From Octopus vulgaris (taxonomy: Eukaryota), in NCBI GenBank assembly GCA_951406725.2, contig OX597814.1, positions 188,232,001-188,296,000 on the forward strand: 64,000 nt of DNA, read 5' to 3'. Positions within the stretch are counted from its first letter, which is position 1; every line of letters starts with the position of its first letter. Below, one piece after another: positions 38,683 to 53,702 of the stretch. The translations under genes were made by a program, and so were the position numbers. The notes below the pieces were generated by a model. That model was not told the DNA's origin. It was given only the letters and a program-made list of their open reading frames with translations, and searched no databases.

Positions 38683-39022
38683 AGGGAGTATAACTCCAAA
38701 CTTACAGGGAAAAATTCAATTTAGTATTAAATCAAATTTCACAATATAAATATATATAAAATATAAATTAGAAATAAAACCACTATTATGCAATCCAAAC
38801 AATGATAGACATAAACCAAAATATAAATAAAAAATAATATATATTTTTATAAAACATATAACTTATAACTAGATTACAAAAAGTATAAAAATGAATAATC
38901 AATATATAATAAATATGTGATCTAGTTATATATTTTATAAAAATATATTTTATTTGTTATTCATGCTTTGGTTTATGTCTATCATTGTTTGAATTGCATA
39001 ATAGTGGTTTTATCTCTAATAT
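38683..39022. mobile_element. AT-rich fold-back element between (AAT)n and (TA)n
   Basis: About 38767-38878 inverted at about 38917-39020. Confidence 0.65.
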
Positions 39023-39162
39023 ATATGTATATATATATATATATATAGGCGAGGAAAAATTATAAAAAGGCAGAATGCTAAACTGAAGGTAAATTTGAAT
39101 AAAAATGGGTGTATGGAAATTTTTTTAAAATTCTTTAAAAATATTAACTTTAACCGGTTTTT

Positions 39163-39244
<82 letters not shown>

Positions 39245-39687
39245 AGAGATACGCAAAATTAATTTACATATTATTTATATGTCGATATATGTATGTATAT
39301 ATATATGTATTATACATACATACATGCATACATTCGTACATGCATACATACATTCATACATACATATATACATACATACATACATACATTCATAGGTGTA
39401 AAGATAAAGATTTCGCTATTATTTTGAGTACGTTGAATAGATTTATGTGTGTGAGCGTCTTTGTCTTTGTTTATTCTCCACTACTGTTTGACAACTGGTG
39501 TTGGTGTATTTACGTCCTCATAACATTAGCGGTTCGGCAAAAAGAGAACGATAGAGTAAGTACCAGCCTTAAAAAAAAATTAAGTAGTTTGTTTGACTAA
39601 AACCATCAAGGCCCCAGCATGGCCAAAGTCTAATGTAAATAAGTAAAAGAATAAAAGAATTAGAATAGAAATTGATATATGCATATA

Positions 39688-40107
39688 GGCGCAGGAGTGG
39701 CTGTGTGGTAAGTAGCTTGCTTACCAACCACATGGTTCCGGGTTCAGTTCCACTGCGTGGCACCGTGGGCAAGTGTCTTCTACTATAGCCTCGGGCCGAC
39801 CAAAGCCTTGTGAGTGGATTTGCTAGATGGAAACTGAAAGAAGCCCGTCGTATATATGTATATATGTATATGCATGTGTATGTGTGTTTGTGTGTCTGTG
39901 TTTGTCCCCCCCCCCAACATCGCTTGACAACCGAAGCTGGTGTGTTTACGTCCCCGTCACTGAGCGGTTCGGCAAAAGAGACCGATAGAATAAGTACTAG
40001 GCTTACAAAGAATAAGTCCTGGGGTCGATTTGCTCGACTAAAGGCGGTGCTCCAGCATGGCCGCAGTCAGATGACTAAAACAAGTAAAAGATTAAAAGAG
40101 AAAAGAG
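39688..40107 (+). mobile_element. SINE S1 full length (preceded by a partial copy at 39445-39660)
   Basis: GGCGCAGGAGTGGCTGTGTGGTAAG head; AAAAGAG tail. Confidence 0.95.
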
Positions 40108-40653
40108 TATGTAAGCACCAACTTCGTCACTAACGAATAAAACATTGGTCTTTTGCCAATATATAAAAAAAAACGTTAAAAAATTATGAAAAAAGATAAA
40201 GAAAAGGCTATTACAGAAAGGAGCTTGGCAGTACATTAGACTCAACAATTTTGAATATTTAATTTTCATCTCATTATTCCGTATGTAAATCTTCTGGGAC
40301 TGAGCTGAATTTGCTTGTCTTTTATTCCTTTGAGAGCCAAAGTCATTGGTTCCAGTGATATGCTAAGGTTAACCTAATCAGCTAAAATCACTCTAACACA
40401 AATTGCTTTGTACCTTAGCAAAACATATACAAATTCTTATTGATCAGATTACACGTCAAATTAAAAATATTACAAGAAACAGTAGTATCTTTCTCATCCG
40501 TATATGAATGGAACTCATTGAGGATTTTGTCATTGTTTTTTATCTAATGATTTGGAGTTGTGAAATTAACTACCGGTCCAAAGAAAACCAAGGGAAGATA
40601 TTAACCTTCATACAACAAATGGCCTAGCGATCTATGAAGAAACTATTATTATT

Positions 40654-41050
40654 GCGAGCTGGCAGAATCGTTAGCACGCCAGGTGAAAAGCTTAGCGGTA
40701 TTTCGTCTGCCGCTACGTTCTGAGTTCAAATTCCGTCGAGGTCGACTTTGCCTTTCATCCTTTCGGGGGTCGATGAAATAAGTACCGGTTGGACTCTGGG
40801 GTCGATGTAATCGACTTAATCCGTGTGTCTGTCCTTGTTTGTCCCCTCTGTGTTTAGCCCCTTGTGGGTAGTAAAGAAATAGGTATTTCGCCCGTCTTTA
40901 CGTTCTGAGTTCAAATTCTGTCGAGGTTGACTTTGCATTTCATCCTTTCGGGGATCAATAAAATAAGTACCGGTTGAACACTGGGGTCGATGTAATCGAC
41001 GACCCTGTCCCCCAAATTTTAAGCTTTGTGCCTTTAGTAGAAATGATTAT
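40654..41050 (+). mobile_element. SINE S4 with internally duplicated body
   Basis: Two GGTATTTCG..GAGTTCAAATTC..GGGGTCGATGTAATCGAC modules. Confidence 0.9.
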
Positions 41051-41219
41051 TATGAAAATGTTTTTCGTTGGTGGTTTCATGCGAGTTTCTGCTGCACTTC
41101 CCTGTGCACTTCCATATTCCTAATATGTGTGCGGTATTGTTGTTGATGTAAATTGTTGGCCTTTTGACTAAATGAGAAAACATTATTATTATTATTATTG
41201 TTGTTGTTGTTGTTGCTTT

Positions 41220-41995
41220 TGCAGAGCTTCTAATGCTGGAGATGTACTACAGTGTCAGCTGTTCACTAGCAGTGAACCTCTTATTTTTCGAGCACCTTCC
41301 GGGGTATTCGAGCGGTTCCAAGCAGTGCTGTTTTCTGCAAGTGCTTCACCATTTGTTCCCCGTACTTCTCGAGATTTTTGCTCACTGTTCCCAGGGCTTC
41401 GTCGATTATTGATACTACTGCTACCTTTTTCTTCGACCACAACTGCTTAACTTCCCAAGCTAACCTGTCATATCTCTCGACTTTTCTTTCTTCCTTATCG
41501 CATACCTTGTTGTCAGCTGGGCGTGCTATGTCTCTGATCAAGCATAGTTTGTTTTCTTTCTCAGTTAAGACAATGTCCGGCTTCCTATTCTATATCTCAT
41601 GGTCACTCTGAATCATAAAATCCCATAGGATCTTTGCCTTTATATTTCCGACAATGCCTTCAGGTTTGTGGTCGTACCAATTTTTTGTTCTGTCAAGTCC
41701 ATACTAGTTGCAAATTGTCCAATGGACAAGCCTGGCTATATTGTCGTTGCGTCTCTTATATTCCTTCTGGGCTAGTGGCGTACATTGGCTGGTAATATGC
41801 CATACGGTTTAACCGTTTTGTCCACAGATTCTGCACTTATCACTTTCTGATGTGTTGTCTATTCTGTATTTTATGTAGTTTGTTCTTAGTGCTTGCTCTT
41901 GGGCAGCACAGATTAGAGCCTCCGTTTCCGGTTTTAAATCACTTTTAGTCATCCACAGCCATGTTTTTCCTCTGTCTGTCTTATCTTCAAAATAA
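41220..41995 (-). mobile_element. 5'-truncated R4/Dong-like LINE
   Basis: ETEALICAAQEQALRTN, CRICG, KILWDF, PDIV..LIRDIA, LQKTALLGTARIPRKVLEK; 3' end abuts (ATT)n/(GTT)n. Confidence 0.88.
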
Positions 41996-42619
41996 GTCCA
42001 TAAGTCCTTATGTGCAATCCTGTGTAAATCCATGTGAGTTAAAGTCCTGATATTGTAAACATCCAGAAAAAAGACGCGAATATATCAACGTTCAATAACA
42101 GAATGGTAGCGGAGGTGGTAAAAAGAAAGAAAAATAAGTAGAAAGAGAGGTAGACAGATTGAGGGGGAAAGTTAAGGATTGGCGTTAAGGATAAAATATA
42201 GTGTCTAAGAATATAGTATACAAAGATAGACAAGGAGATAAGAGAAAGGAGGAGCTGGAGGAAGATAACGTAAAAAATAAACAACATAGAGCAAAATGAA
42301 AGGAATTCAAAGAGAATATTAGGTGCCAGTCTGTAGGGGTTGGGGAGGAAATCTAGTAGTAAATACTTGTAACCGTTTTGGCTAAGGTCAGTGGCTGTAG
42401 AGTTAATTTTAGCAATAGGGTTATGGATGTGTAAGTAGTCGTGAATGGATAAACTAGTTGAACTTATTTAGGAGTTAGAATTAAATATTAGGGGATTTAT
42501 TAGGTTAAGGTTTAAAAATAAATTAAAGAATGATTATTTATCTTATAAAGTATTGATAGAAGAGATATAGAAGGACATGTGTTAATGATCATGGAGATTT
42601 ATATGTGGGTGTTATTCGC

Positions 42620-42850
42620 GGGGATGAACTTACATTTAGATTTATGAAAGAATTTAAAAGTGCGGAAGAATTTAAGTTTACATGTTGAAAAGTCATCGTT
42701 GTGTTTATTAAGCAATTGTGGTGAATTATGGGTTAAAATTTCGAGGGCTCCTTTTAAGCAGAGTCCACACAAATGGAGTGCTGGCCCTGATATGAGATAC
42801 CAGAGTCTATTATATCCCAGGAAAGTCTATATTGTATTTTTCTATTAATC
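42620..42850 (-). mobile_element. Penelope-like GIY-YIG endonuclease C-terminal remnant
   Basis: Minus: YRLSWDIIDSGISY..LCGLCLKGALEILTHNSPQLLNKHNDDFSTCK (one frameshift). Confidence 0.6.
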
Positions 42851-42882
42851 AGATGGTGCACGTGGCTGGTTAGTGATGTGTT

Positions 42883-42926
<44 letters not shown>

Positions 42927-42964
42927 TATATATGCTAGCAGAAATACCCAGCGCTGCTTGGGTT

Positions 42965-43160
42965 CTTTTTTATTGTTTTAATTGTTTCGGTCGTGTGAGT
43001 GCGGTCATGCTGGAGCACTGATTTTAGTCGAAAAAAATCGACCCCAGGACTTATTCTTTGTAAGCCTACTACTTATTCTATCGGTGTGTTTTGTGAAACG
43101 GCTAAGTTACAGAGACGTAATCACAGCAGCATCGGTTGTCAAGCGATGGTGGGAATACAG
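42965..43160 (-). mobile_element. SINE S1 3' half; Helitron 3' hairpin fragment adjacent at 42935-42963
   Basis: S1 tail similarity; CTAGCAGAAATACCCAGCGCTGCTTGGG. Confidence 0.75.
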
Positions 43161-43162
43161 AA

Positions 43163-43790
<628 letters not shown>

Positions 43791-44068
43791 TATTTCTCAC
43801 ATATATACAAACGAACATTCCAATGATTACGAACCGCTTTCAATAATCAACAACGTGACTAGCAGAGCCACGATTGAATTTCTCTTGCTGCAGTAATACT
43901 CATTCATGCGTAAGACTGAAGACTGAACAAATAATAAAGATATAAATACAACACTCCGCAGTAGCGTTTCGTAAGAAACAGTAATTTCACATGCATTTAA
44001 ATTACATTTGTAATTATTGAAGAAGGAATGCTACATTATTCACATCTCTCTCTCTCTCTCTCTATCTA

Positions 44069-44430
<362 letters not shown>

Positions 44431-44625
44431 TATATATACATATATATGTAGGTATGTACATATATGTATGTATATATGCATATATTTATATATTATTTAT
44501 ATTATTATATGATCGAACGCCACGCATCCTTTTCCAAGTAAGTTTTATCTCTGTATGTATGTATGTATGTATGTATGTATGTATGTATGTATGTATGTAT
44601 GTATGTATGTATGTATGTATGTATG

Positions 44626-44679
<54 letters not shown>

Positions 44680-44874
44680 ACTATTGATATCATGAGTGTA
44701 TTTATGTTCAGTTTATATAAAAGCAATTCAAAATTAAGCTGAAGTATTACCCAATACTTTTTGGTAGAATATATAGTTACTAATTTTTTTATACATGGAA
44801 AAATGCTCATAAAGACTTCGAAGTTTCATTTTACCAGCATCAGTCTTCTATGCTGACAATTGGATGACGACTGG

Positions 44875-44907
<33 letters not shown>

Positions 44908-44923
44908 ATATATACATATATAT

Positions 44924-45001
<78 letters not shown>

Positions 45002-45033
45002 GTGTGTGTATATATATATGTATGTATATACAT

Positions 45034-45065
<32 letters not shown>

Positions 45066-45068
<3 letters not shown>

Positions 45069-45240
45069 TAGCCCTTACGCATTCTTTATTTTCTCTCTTT
45101 GTTTCTTTCTGTGTTCCTTTCTGTGGAAGAGCGTAGGCTCGAATCGTTAAAGGCTTTTTCACTTCCCGAGCGTTAAACTAAAACATCTGTTTGTTGCCTA
45201 CACCACCTTAGTCTCTTGTCTCTTCTGTGAATTCTCCCCT
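45066..45240 (+). mobile_element. Family A element; hammerhead-like motif 45116-45153 with GAAA>GAAT
   Basis: CCTTT-CTGTGGAA-GAGCGTAGGCTC-GAATCGTT-AAAGG. Confidence 0.7.
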
Positions 45241-45260
45241 ATTTATACATACATACAGAC

Positions 45261-45293
<33 letters not shown>

Positions 45294-45815
45294 CATACAT
45301 ATATGTGCATATACTTATATACATATATGGATATTTGCGTGTGTGTGTGTGTATAATATGTCTTCGTATTGACAACTAGTATTCATTTATTTATGTTCCC
45401 GTAACCTAGTCTCTTGTCTTCTGTGAATTCTCCCCTATTTATACATACATACAGACATATATATGTCTGTAGTCTCTTGTCTTCTTCTGTGAATTCTCCC
45501 CTATTTATACATACATACAGACATATATATATATATATGTATATATATACATACATATATGTGCATATACTTATATACATATATGGATATTTGCGTGTGT
45601 GTGTGTGTATAATATGTCTTCGTCTCTTGTCTTCTTCTGTGAATTCTCCCCTATTTATACATACATACAGACATATATATATATATATGTATATATATAC
45701 ATACATATATGTGCATATACTTATATACATATATGGATATTTGCGTGTGTGTGTGTGTATAATATGTCTTCGTATTGACAACTAGTATTCATTTATTTAT
45801 GTTCCCGTAACCTAG
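45210..45815. repeat. Serial tandem duplications of variable length
   Basis: Four restarts at GTCTCTTGTCT..TGTGAATTCTCCCC. Confidence 0.9.
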
Positions 45816-45984
45816 CGGTTCGATAAGACAGAATAAGTGTCACATTTTGAAATATAAATACTGGGGTCAATCCATTTGACTAACCTCTTCGAGGCGGTTC
45901 CACAATCTGAAACAAGTAAAAGATAAAAGAAAGTTCTCATTTATATTCACACACAGATGCAGAGAAATATACGAATTAAATTAA

Positions 45985-46200
45985 AGGACTATAACAAAAT
46001 TTGCATTGTTCCCTTCACTTATAACACGTCTAAGACTATTAGGAAAAGAATTTTAAAAGAAGTATATGTCTTCTATCAAATCTGGAAAACCCTAAAACGA
46101 TCGAATTCATATTCGGGTAACATGAAACCATGCAATATCTGTATCACAGAAAATTTAAAACTTGTTTGCTACGGTCTATTTTCTGGACAAAAATCCTGAA
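45985..46200 (+). mobile_element. Penelope-like endonuclease remnant
   Basis: QIWKTLKRSNSYSGNMKPCNICITE resembles the W-x-I..Y..C-x2-C..E motif also at 42620-42850. Confidence 0.5.
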
Positions 46201-47583
46201 TGTTTTTGATCTTGCATGCTCAAGATCTCGAAGATATATAAACCCAGTAAAGTAGTCCTAACAGCTAAGATAGTTATAACTGTAACAACAACAATATTTG
46301 CATTAATAATACCTACATGTGATATGCTGTGGTATAGTGTAAGAATATAGAGAAATGACACGTCGAGAGAAATGAATAGCTAAAAGTTGTGAGCAAGTAT
46401 ATTTTCAAATACCGCTAATGATGGAACAGCAGTCAATTGGTCAATTAGCAGAGACGTTAGAGCATCTGATAGAATGCATTATGATATTTGTTCAAGCTCT
46501 TTGCAGTTGTCAGGTCTCTAGTTTTGGGAGTCAAATGATGATATAGTACTTCATATTAAAATACACCTTCTAAATGCAAGTCATGAACCATCTATATCTT
46601 CTGCCTTCTATAAAATAGTGCACCATGGCCTGGAATAATTTGGCAATAGCTAAATCTTTAACTGATAACTATTTTGTTATACTTTCTCCATTGGCGTAGG
46701 AATATCAGTGAAGCCAGAATTGTATATCGTAAATTACTTGATCCCGAAGCAAGGCTATTTAGATCTAAGGAGAAAGCAGAAGAAAAGGGAGAATGATAGT
46801 GTTTGTTAGAGAGAGAAAGTGATAGAAGGGAATGAGCAAGAGAGAGAGAAAGAAATAGAGATAGATAGATAGATAGAGAATATTGGATAAATAAATAGAT
46901 AGAGAAAGAGAGGGGGAGGGAAAGAGATTTAATATACACACATATCATGGGAAATACATCCGGTTACCTATACGCTAATGCTTGATTTATGAGGTTATTC
47001 AGTGATGGAGTATTTGCATGCATCTATATTTGATGTGTCCTTATGACTCGTTATTGTGTAGATTAGGTTTCCCTAATCATCATTGCATCTTCAGCTGTTT
47101 TCTTATATTTTTTTTCATTCTGCGGTGTCCTCTGACACAATCATAATTGTAATATTCTTTGCAAATAATATTAGTGAACAGGAAAGTAACAAAATCTAAT
47201 AAATGGAAACTTAAGTATTTTGAAACTCTCCCTCTCTCATTTTCCCTCATTCTCGCTGCTGTAAAGTAGGCTGTTAAGGTATTTTTATTTAAATAAGGGC
47301 TTCCATTTTGATTACCGCTATCATTATAAACAGCCATGCGCCGCTTCGCAGTAAATTAAAACAGGAGGGATAAGAAAACAACAACAACAACAAAAATAAC
47401 AACGACACAAAATATAGAAGGCAGACGTTGTTATAGCAACTCATCATGCAAATCAGAGAAGTATTGTATAGGTCATATCAATGGCCACTTGCTTCAGAAT
47501 GGACAGGCATTGCAGTCATATTTTAATGGTGGTTTGCTGAAGTGTTGTTTCAGTGTAAATAGTAACACTGAATAATGTCGTCC

Positions 47584-47683
<100 letters not shown>

Positions 47684-47758
47684 TACACACATGCACACAC
47701 CACACTATCTATGTATCTATCTGTCTGTCTGTATGTATATGTATATACATTTATATAC

Positions 47759-47874
<116 letters not shown>

Positions 47875-49195
47875 GACTAGACTACCTGCGACCCGTTTGG
47901 TCATCTGGAAAGTCTGAGTTTCCCAGCAAGGGAGTTTTATTTCGTGTTTTTTTTCTTTTCCTGGTTATTTCGTATGCTTTCAACGAATGTCACATCGAAA
48001 TCACGCGTAAACGGCTCCTTGCCCTGGAAAAGGAAAGATTTGACTGCTATTTCTTGCACCTCCTGCTACCACGTAACATGTATTTCGGGTACTTTATTGA
48101 AAATAGCTGTTACGTGGTAGCAGCGTGTGTTAGAAATCTTTGAAGCTGAGATACGTTGAATGCACTCGAAAAAACCTATGGAAAAAAAGTTATTTCACAC
48201 CGAGGCTATGAACGGGTCTTTTACGAAATATTTACCGTATTTTTAAAGTCATTTTCAATTTAAAATATTTTTTAAATATGCCAAAATAAATTTTGTAATG
48301 GTATTCACTTGAAAGTAATTATAAAATCATTAAAATATTGTCTATTTAAAGACAGCTAAAATATAAATGCTGTACAAACAACTAGCATTTTTGAAATCCT
48401 ATTCACTTAAAAATATTTCTAAATTAAAATATTGTGTACGTCAAAAAAGTCGACGTTTCTTCTTAGAGAGTGGTAGAGAGAGAGAAAGAGAGAAAGAGAG
48501 AGCGAAGACTATGTGTGTGTATATGTCACAGATAGCGTATGTGTGTTTGTGTTGATTCAAATGCCATGACCTTCATTTATATGTGCGTGTATTCTGTATG
48601 TGTGTATGTATGTTGACGTCAAGGAAGCCATGCTTTTTCGTCAAGAATTAAACAAAAATTGTGTTTAATCGTTTTTATTAATAAATAGCGGTCCAAATCT
48701 CACAAAACCTCATACTGTCCTGCATAAAGTAAGTATGAAAATATATATGTAAAAAAAAAAATTAAGATAAAATATACTATTTCTGAGATATTTCAGGAAC
48801 AAACATCTTCTAGAGTTTTAGAATATTAAGATAGATAAAAAAAAACCTCGTAAATCATGCTTTACTGAAAATACAAAGGTAATGAGCACGAACGAAAGGC
48901 ATGTTAGCGGGCACAGGCGCAGTCGACAAACAAACACGTGCTATGAAGAACAACTGATAACAAGCAAATGTACTGGAAATATAGAAACTAGCATACAGGC
49001 GGACTATAAGATGTTTGTTTATCGTGGCTAAAGGAATCTATGATTTTAGCACAATAGGTTCAACACCTCTTAAGTCTAAGATCGATATATTCGGGATTGT
49101 CTTTTCAAATTCGTCATCAATTTCTGTCGACGTAAATGTATTGATTGACACAGGGCTGACCTTGAATTACGGAAGATGGCTTTGCTGGACATTTT

Positions 49196-49354
49196 GGAGT
49201 GGCTGTGTGGTAAGTAGCTTGCTTACCAACCACATGGTTCCGGGTTCAGTCCCACTGCGTGGTATCTTGGGCAAGTGTCTTCTACTATAGCCTCGGGCCG
49301 ACCAAAGTCTTGTCAGTGGATTTGGTAGACGGAAACTGAAAGAAGCCCATCGTA

Positions 49355-49419
<65 letters not shown>

Positions 49420-49625
49420 CTGTGTTTGTCCCCCCAACATCACTTGACAACCGATGCTGGTGTGTTTACGTCCCCGTAACTTAGCGGTTCGGCAAAAGAG
49501 ACCGATAGAATAAGTACTAGGCTTACAAAGAATAAGTCCTGGGCTCAATTTGTTCGACTAAAGGCGGTGCTCCAGCATGGCCACAGTCACATGACAGAAA
49601 CAAGTAAAAGAGTACAAGAGTAAAT
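49196..49625 (+). mobile_element. SINE S1
   Basis: Near-identical to 39688-40107. Confidence 0.95.
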
Positions 49626-49772
49626 GGGAATAAAGAATAAAAGGTTAACTTTGTCAAGTTATATATGTATGTAGTATATTATATAGTTTTACGTATATCC
49701 AATCTACTAAATATGTGCATATTTACGTTATGTATGGTGCAGCAATTGCTTTTTCATACAAAACTTGTTATA

Positions 49773-50284
49773 CCGTAAATCCTCGAGAATAGTCCGCCAT
49801 TGAGTATAATACGCAGGGGATTTTTAGGGGACTGTACCTCTGAAAAACCTAAACCTTGTGTATAATACGCACCCCTTCTCTAACTTGAGTCAAGGAGGTC
49901 TATACAACGTCCTTGGTTTGTAAATATGTACACGATAACGCCCTTTATTATTATTGTATATATAACATAATGTTAACGTGTAGCTTTTTTTGTGCATTTT
50001 GTTTGCAGAAAATAAAGTAATAACAGTAATAATGTTTAATAAATGTTGCTAACTGCAAGTTATGGATGATTCTTTTATGACTTCATTGCTTTCAGGCTTA
50101 GCTTAAGGTATTTTCGCGCCCGACATCACAAAATGTGTCTGAATAAACATTGCCAGACAGAAAATAGAGACTCGGACATTGCTTAGAAAATAATTTTCAT
50201 TTTTAACTTTGTATATACCACGCACTCGGGATTTTGACCTTTGAATTTTGGGAAAAAATGCGGATTATACTCGAGGATTTACGG
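49773..50284. mobile_element. Tc2/pogo-like MITE
   Basis: TA|CCGTAAATCCTCGAG..TCCGC and GCGGATTATACTCGAGGATTTACGG|TA. Confidence 0.88.
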
Positions 50285-50289
50285 TACTG

Positions 50290-50410
50290 TACAAAACATT
50301 TTAAGGTTTGCCTTACAAAACATTTTAAAGTTTGCATTACAAAACTTTTTAATGTTTGCATTACAAAACTTTTTAATGTTTGCATTACAAAACTTTTTAA
50401 TGTTTGCATT
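50290..50410. repeat. 24 bp tandem repeat x5
   Basis: TACAAAAC(A/T)TTTTAA(G/A/T)GTTTGC(C/A)T. Confidence 0.92.
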
Positions 50411-51694
50411 CAATGTCTGATCATAAAAAGAATCCTCTCTAGCCTACAGTGATGACATTAAATAGACGATGAAAAAATCCATATAGATGACAACGTAATC
50501 GAAACTGAATTTGACGAAATTGTGGTTGACGTTGACAAATCTGAGGTTGACGTTGACGAGATTGATGGGGAAATTGTGTAGCTTAGGAATGAACAAGCAC
50601 CTGTCATTAATTAACAGAAAGGACACTTCGAAAATTAATTTAGTCGATCGGACTTGTGGATACTCGCATTGGCCTACGTAATTACATGCGGTTCAACATA
50701 ATCCTGAATGTAGTCAAATCTGCTAGAAAATCATTCTCAATAGCGAGGGATTTACGACAACAACGACGACGACGATGATAATAATAACAACGACGATGAT
50801 GATAAACACATATACATATAAACACTACACAAAAACACATACACACATAGAAATAGATAAAGAGAGAGATATGGGTGGGAGATAAGAAAGAGGAAAGACA
50901 CTGATAGAAAGAGGAAGAGGAAAAGCTGTTTGAGATGGTTGAAAGATGTGATTATAATAGTTGGGAGGTGCAGCGATTTTTATCAGTTAAGCACACTTCC
51001 CAAAGCACATATTTACTCCTTATCATCGTTCTTGGTATTTTATTCTCATTGTTGTTGTTGTTGTTGTTCTTGACTATTTCTCTTAGCGTCGTTGTTGTTT
51101 TCTGTTGTATTTCTTCTGGGTTTTTTTTTTCTGTTTTTTTTTTTGGTATATTTTCAGATTTTGGAAACCGGAACTAATATTCCTCCTTTCAGGAATTGGT
51201 TGGGTGGGGTGGGGTGGGGTGGGAAATTTGTAGACAAGTCGTACTTTCTTCTTCGCGTGAACGCATACGCATTTACACACGCGCACACACACACACACAC
51301 AGACACACACACATATACGCGCGCGCACGCACACACACATGCATATATATGCGTATACAAATATGCACGCATAAACAAATAGTCACTTGTACATACATAC
51401 ACACATATATGCATATTATATATATATATATATACACATATCTATACATATATACATATATATATATATGCGTATCTATATATGTATATATATCTATAAA
51501 GATATAGATACTATATCTATATATGTATATATATAACTATATATATATATATATCGATAGATAGATAGATATATACATATATATATATATATCTATACAT
51601 ACGAACACATACATACATCAGTATGCGTATGTATATATGTATGTAATAAATAATAAAGAAACATATATATGTATGTATGTACGTACGTACGTAC

Positions 51695-51725
<31 letters not shown>

Positions 51726-52650
51726 TGTATTCCCTCAAATATGAACTCACCAAAATGGCTCAACATTTTTGTAAACCGCAAACAGGTATGTAAATGGGTG
51801 TCTGGGTACATTTATTCTCGAGGGACTGCTATTTGGCATCGAAAGTTTCTTACTGAGATTTTTGCACAGGGAGTATTTGAGGTGCAGTAACAGTATGTAA
51901 ATGTATGTGAGACTAAGAATTCTTCGTATCTAAATTTTGCGAATATTCTCAAAGCAAGAATTTTTCATCTCGGTGTTGAAATATTGATAGAATGCCAACC
52001 ACAGTGACCTTTTCTTCACTAGAAAAAAACGAGGATCATTGGCAGAAACGATGGAATAGGCGCACTAAAAGTCTTTCGACACACGTGCGATAGAGGGAAT
52101 CTTATCCTGGTTGCTTGATATGCCAGACATAGCGACCAAATCTTCCTTATTACATCATACTGTCTTAAAAATAAAGATAGTGGTTAAAAAGGATCAAGAT
52201 AAAAATATGATATTCTACTGTTAGATGTATTCCTCTTCATTCTTGAAGGATTGTGGACGCCCCATAGACTCATTAACACTGACTGAGTGCTCAGTTGAAA
52301 TTCATTATTCTTTTTTATCAGCTGAGTGAATTGGAGCAATGAGAAATTAAATGCTTTACTTAAGCAATTAGACACCTGCTCACACATACACACATATATG
52401 CATACTATATATATATATATATATATACTATATATATGAGCAACGTGCCTATTGGACCGAAAATCAAAGTCACAACCTTATGATCAAGAAACAGGTTGTC
52501 TAATTATTTGGCCACACGCCATCTAAGACACTGGATAAGGTAAAAAAAATAATTAAAAGGGGCCTGAGGTATAAGCAACACTATTGCGATATTCAACTCC
52601 GAATCTTTATGATTTGTGTTCAAAACATGCCGAAGTTGACTTTAATTGTC

Positions 52651-52874
52651 ATTAGGGTATCTGAGAGATACCCCCATGCTGAAATAGCAGTCAAAGCCCT
52701 GACCCTAAAACCCCCTTAAATGTTCATATTGCGCTAGGAGTGAAGACAGGGAGACAAAATAAACTAGCAAAAAAGATTTTTCTGGATAATTCAAGATCCT
52801 GGATTTCTGGCTTTGCTTCTGAGAAGCTCTGCCTTCTTCAGTTGAATATACCAGATAAGCACATAAATACATAC

Positions 52875-52954
<80 letters not shown>

Positions 52955-53668
52955 CATACGTTATACTTACACATACGAACGCTCATACATACATATATAT
53001 GCACGTATGTGCAAGACTAGCTTGTGGTTTTAGGGTCATGGTTTTGTCTGCTATTTCAGCATGGTGGTATCTCTCAGATACCCTAATTTATAGTTTTAAA
53101 TAATGATTGCCTTTGTATGGTATTTATTCCCATGCCGGCCACTTGATAAGATCGATATTTAAATATCGGTATTATCCTTATTTATAAATTTATATAATTC
53201 GTCATTGTATTCATTGCGGTGTTTATTTTGACCGTATCGCACTTGGAGATGTTTGGCGGGCAATTTAAGCTAGTCTTGTACATATGTGCATATATGTGAA
53301 TGTATGAGCGTTCGTATATGTAAGTATAACGTATGTTCTGTATATATATATATATCTGTATTTATGTGTTTATCTGGTATATTCAACTGAAGAAGGCAGA
53401 GCTTCTCTGAAGCAAAGCCAGTAATCCAATCTTGAATTATCAGTAAAATATTTTTGCTAGTTTATTTTGTCTCTCTGCCTTCTCTCCTGGCGCGATAGGA
53501 ACATTTAAGGTGGCTTTAGGGTCAGGGTTTTGACTGCTATTTCATCATGGTGGTATCTCTCAGATACCCTAATTTATAGTTTTAAATAATTATTACCTTT
53601 GTATGGTATTTATTCCCAAGCTGGCCACTTGATAAGATCGATATTTAAATATCGATATTATCCTTATA
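52651..53668. mobile_element. Penelope-like/retrozyme element: ~490 bp unit in partial tandem plus inverted copy
   Basis: About 53025-53180 repeated at about 53513-53668; 52651-53023 is the reverse complement of about 53267-53573. Confidence 0.8.
52789..52847 (-). ncRNA. Type-I hammerhead ribozyme candidate
   Basis: AUUCAA-CUGAAGA-A-GGC..GCUUCU(C)AGAAGC..GCC-A-GAAA-UCC(A)GGA-UC-UUGAAU; plus-strand copy near 53381-53437 has GAAA>GUAA. Confidence 0.7.
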
Positions 53669-53702
53669 TACATACATGCATACATATATATATATATACA
53701 TA

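Noticed and set aside
47080-47337. 85 aa minus-strand ORF in unique sequence
   Set aside because: No recognisable motif or splice support; could be non-coding regulatory DNA
50290-50410. CRISPR-like array
   Set aside because: No unique spacers, eukaryotic context, no cas genes
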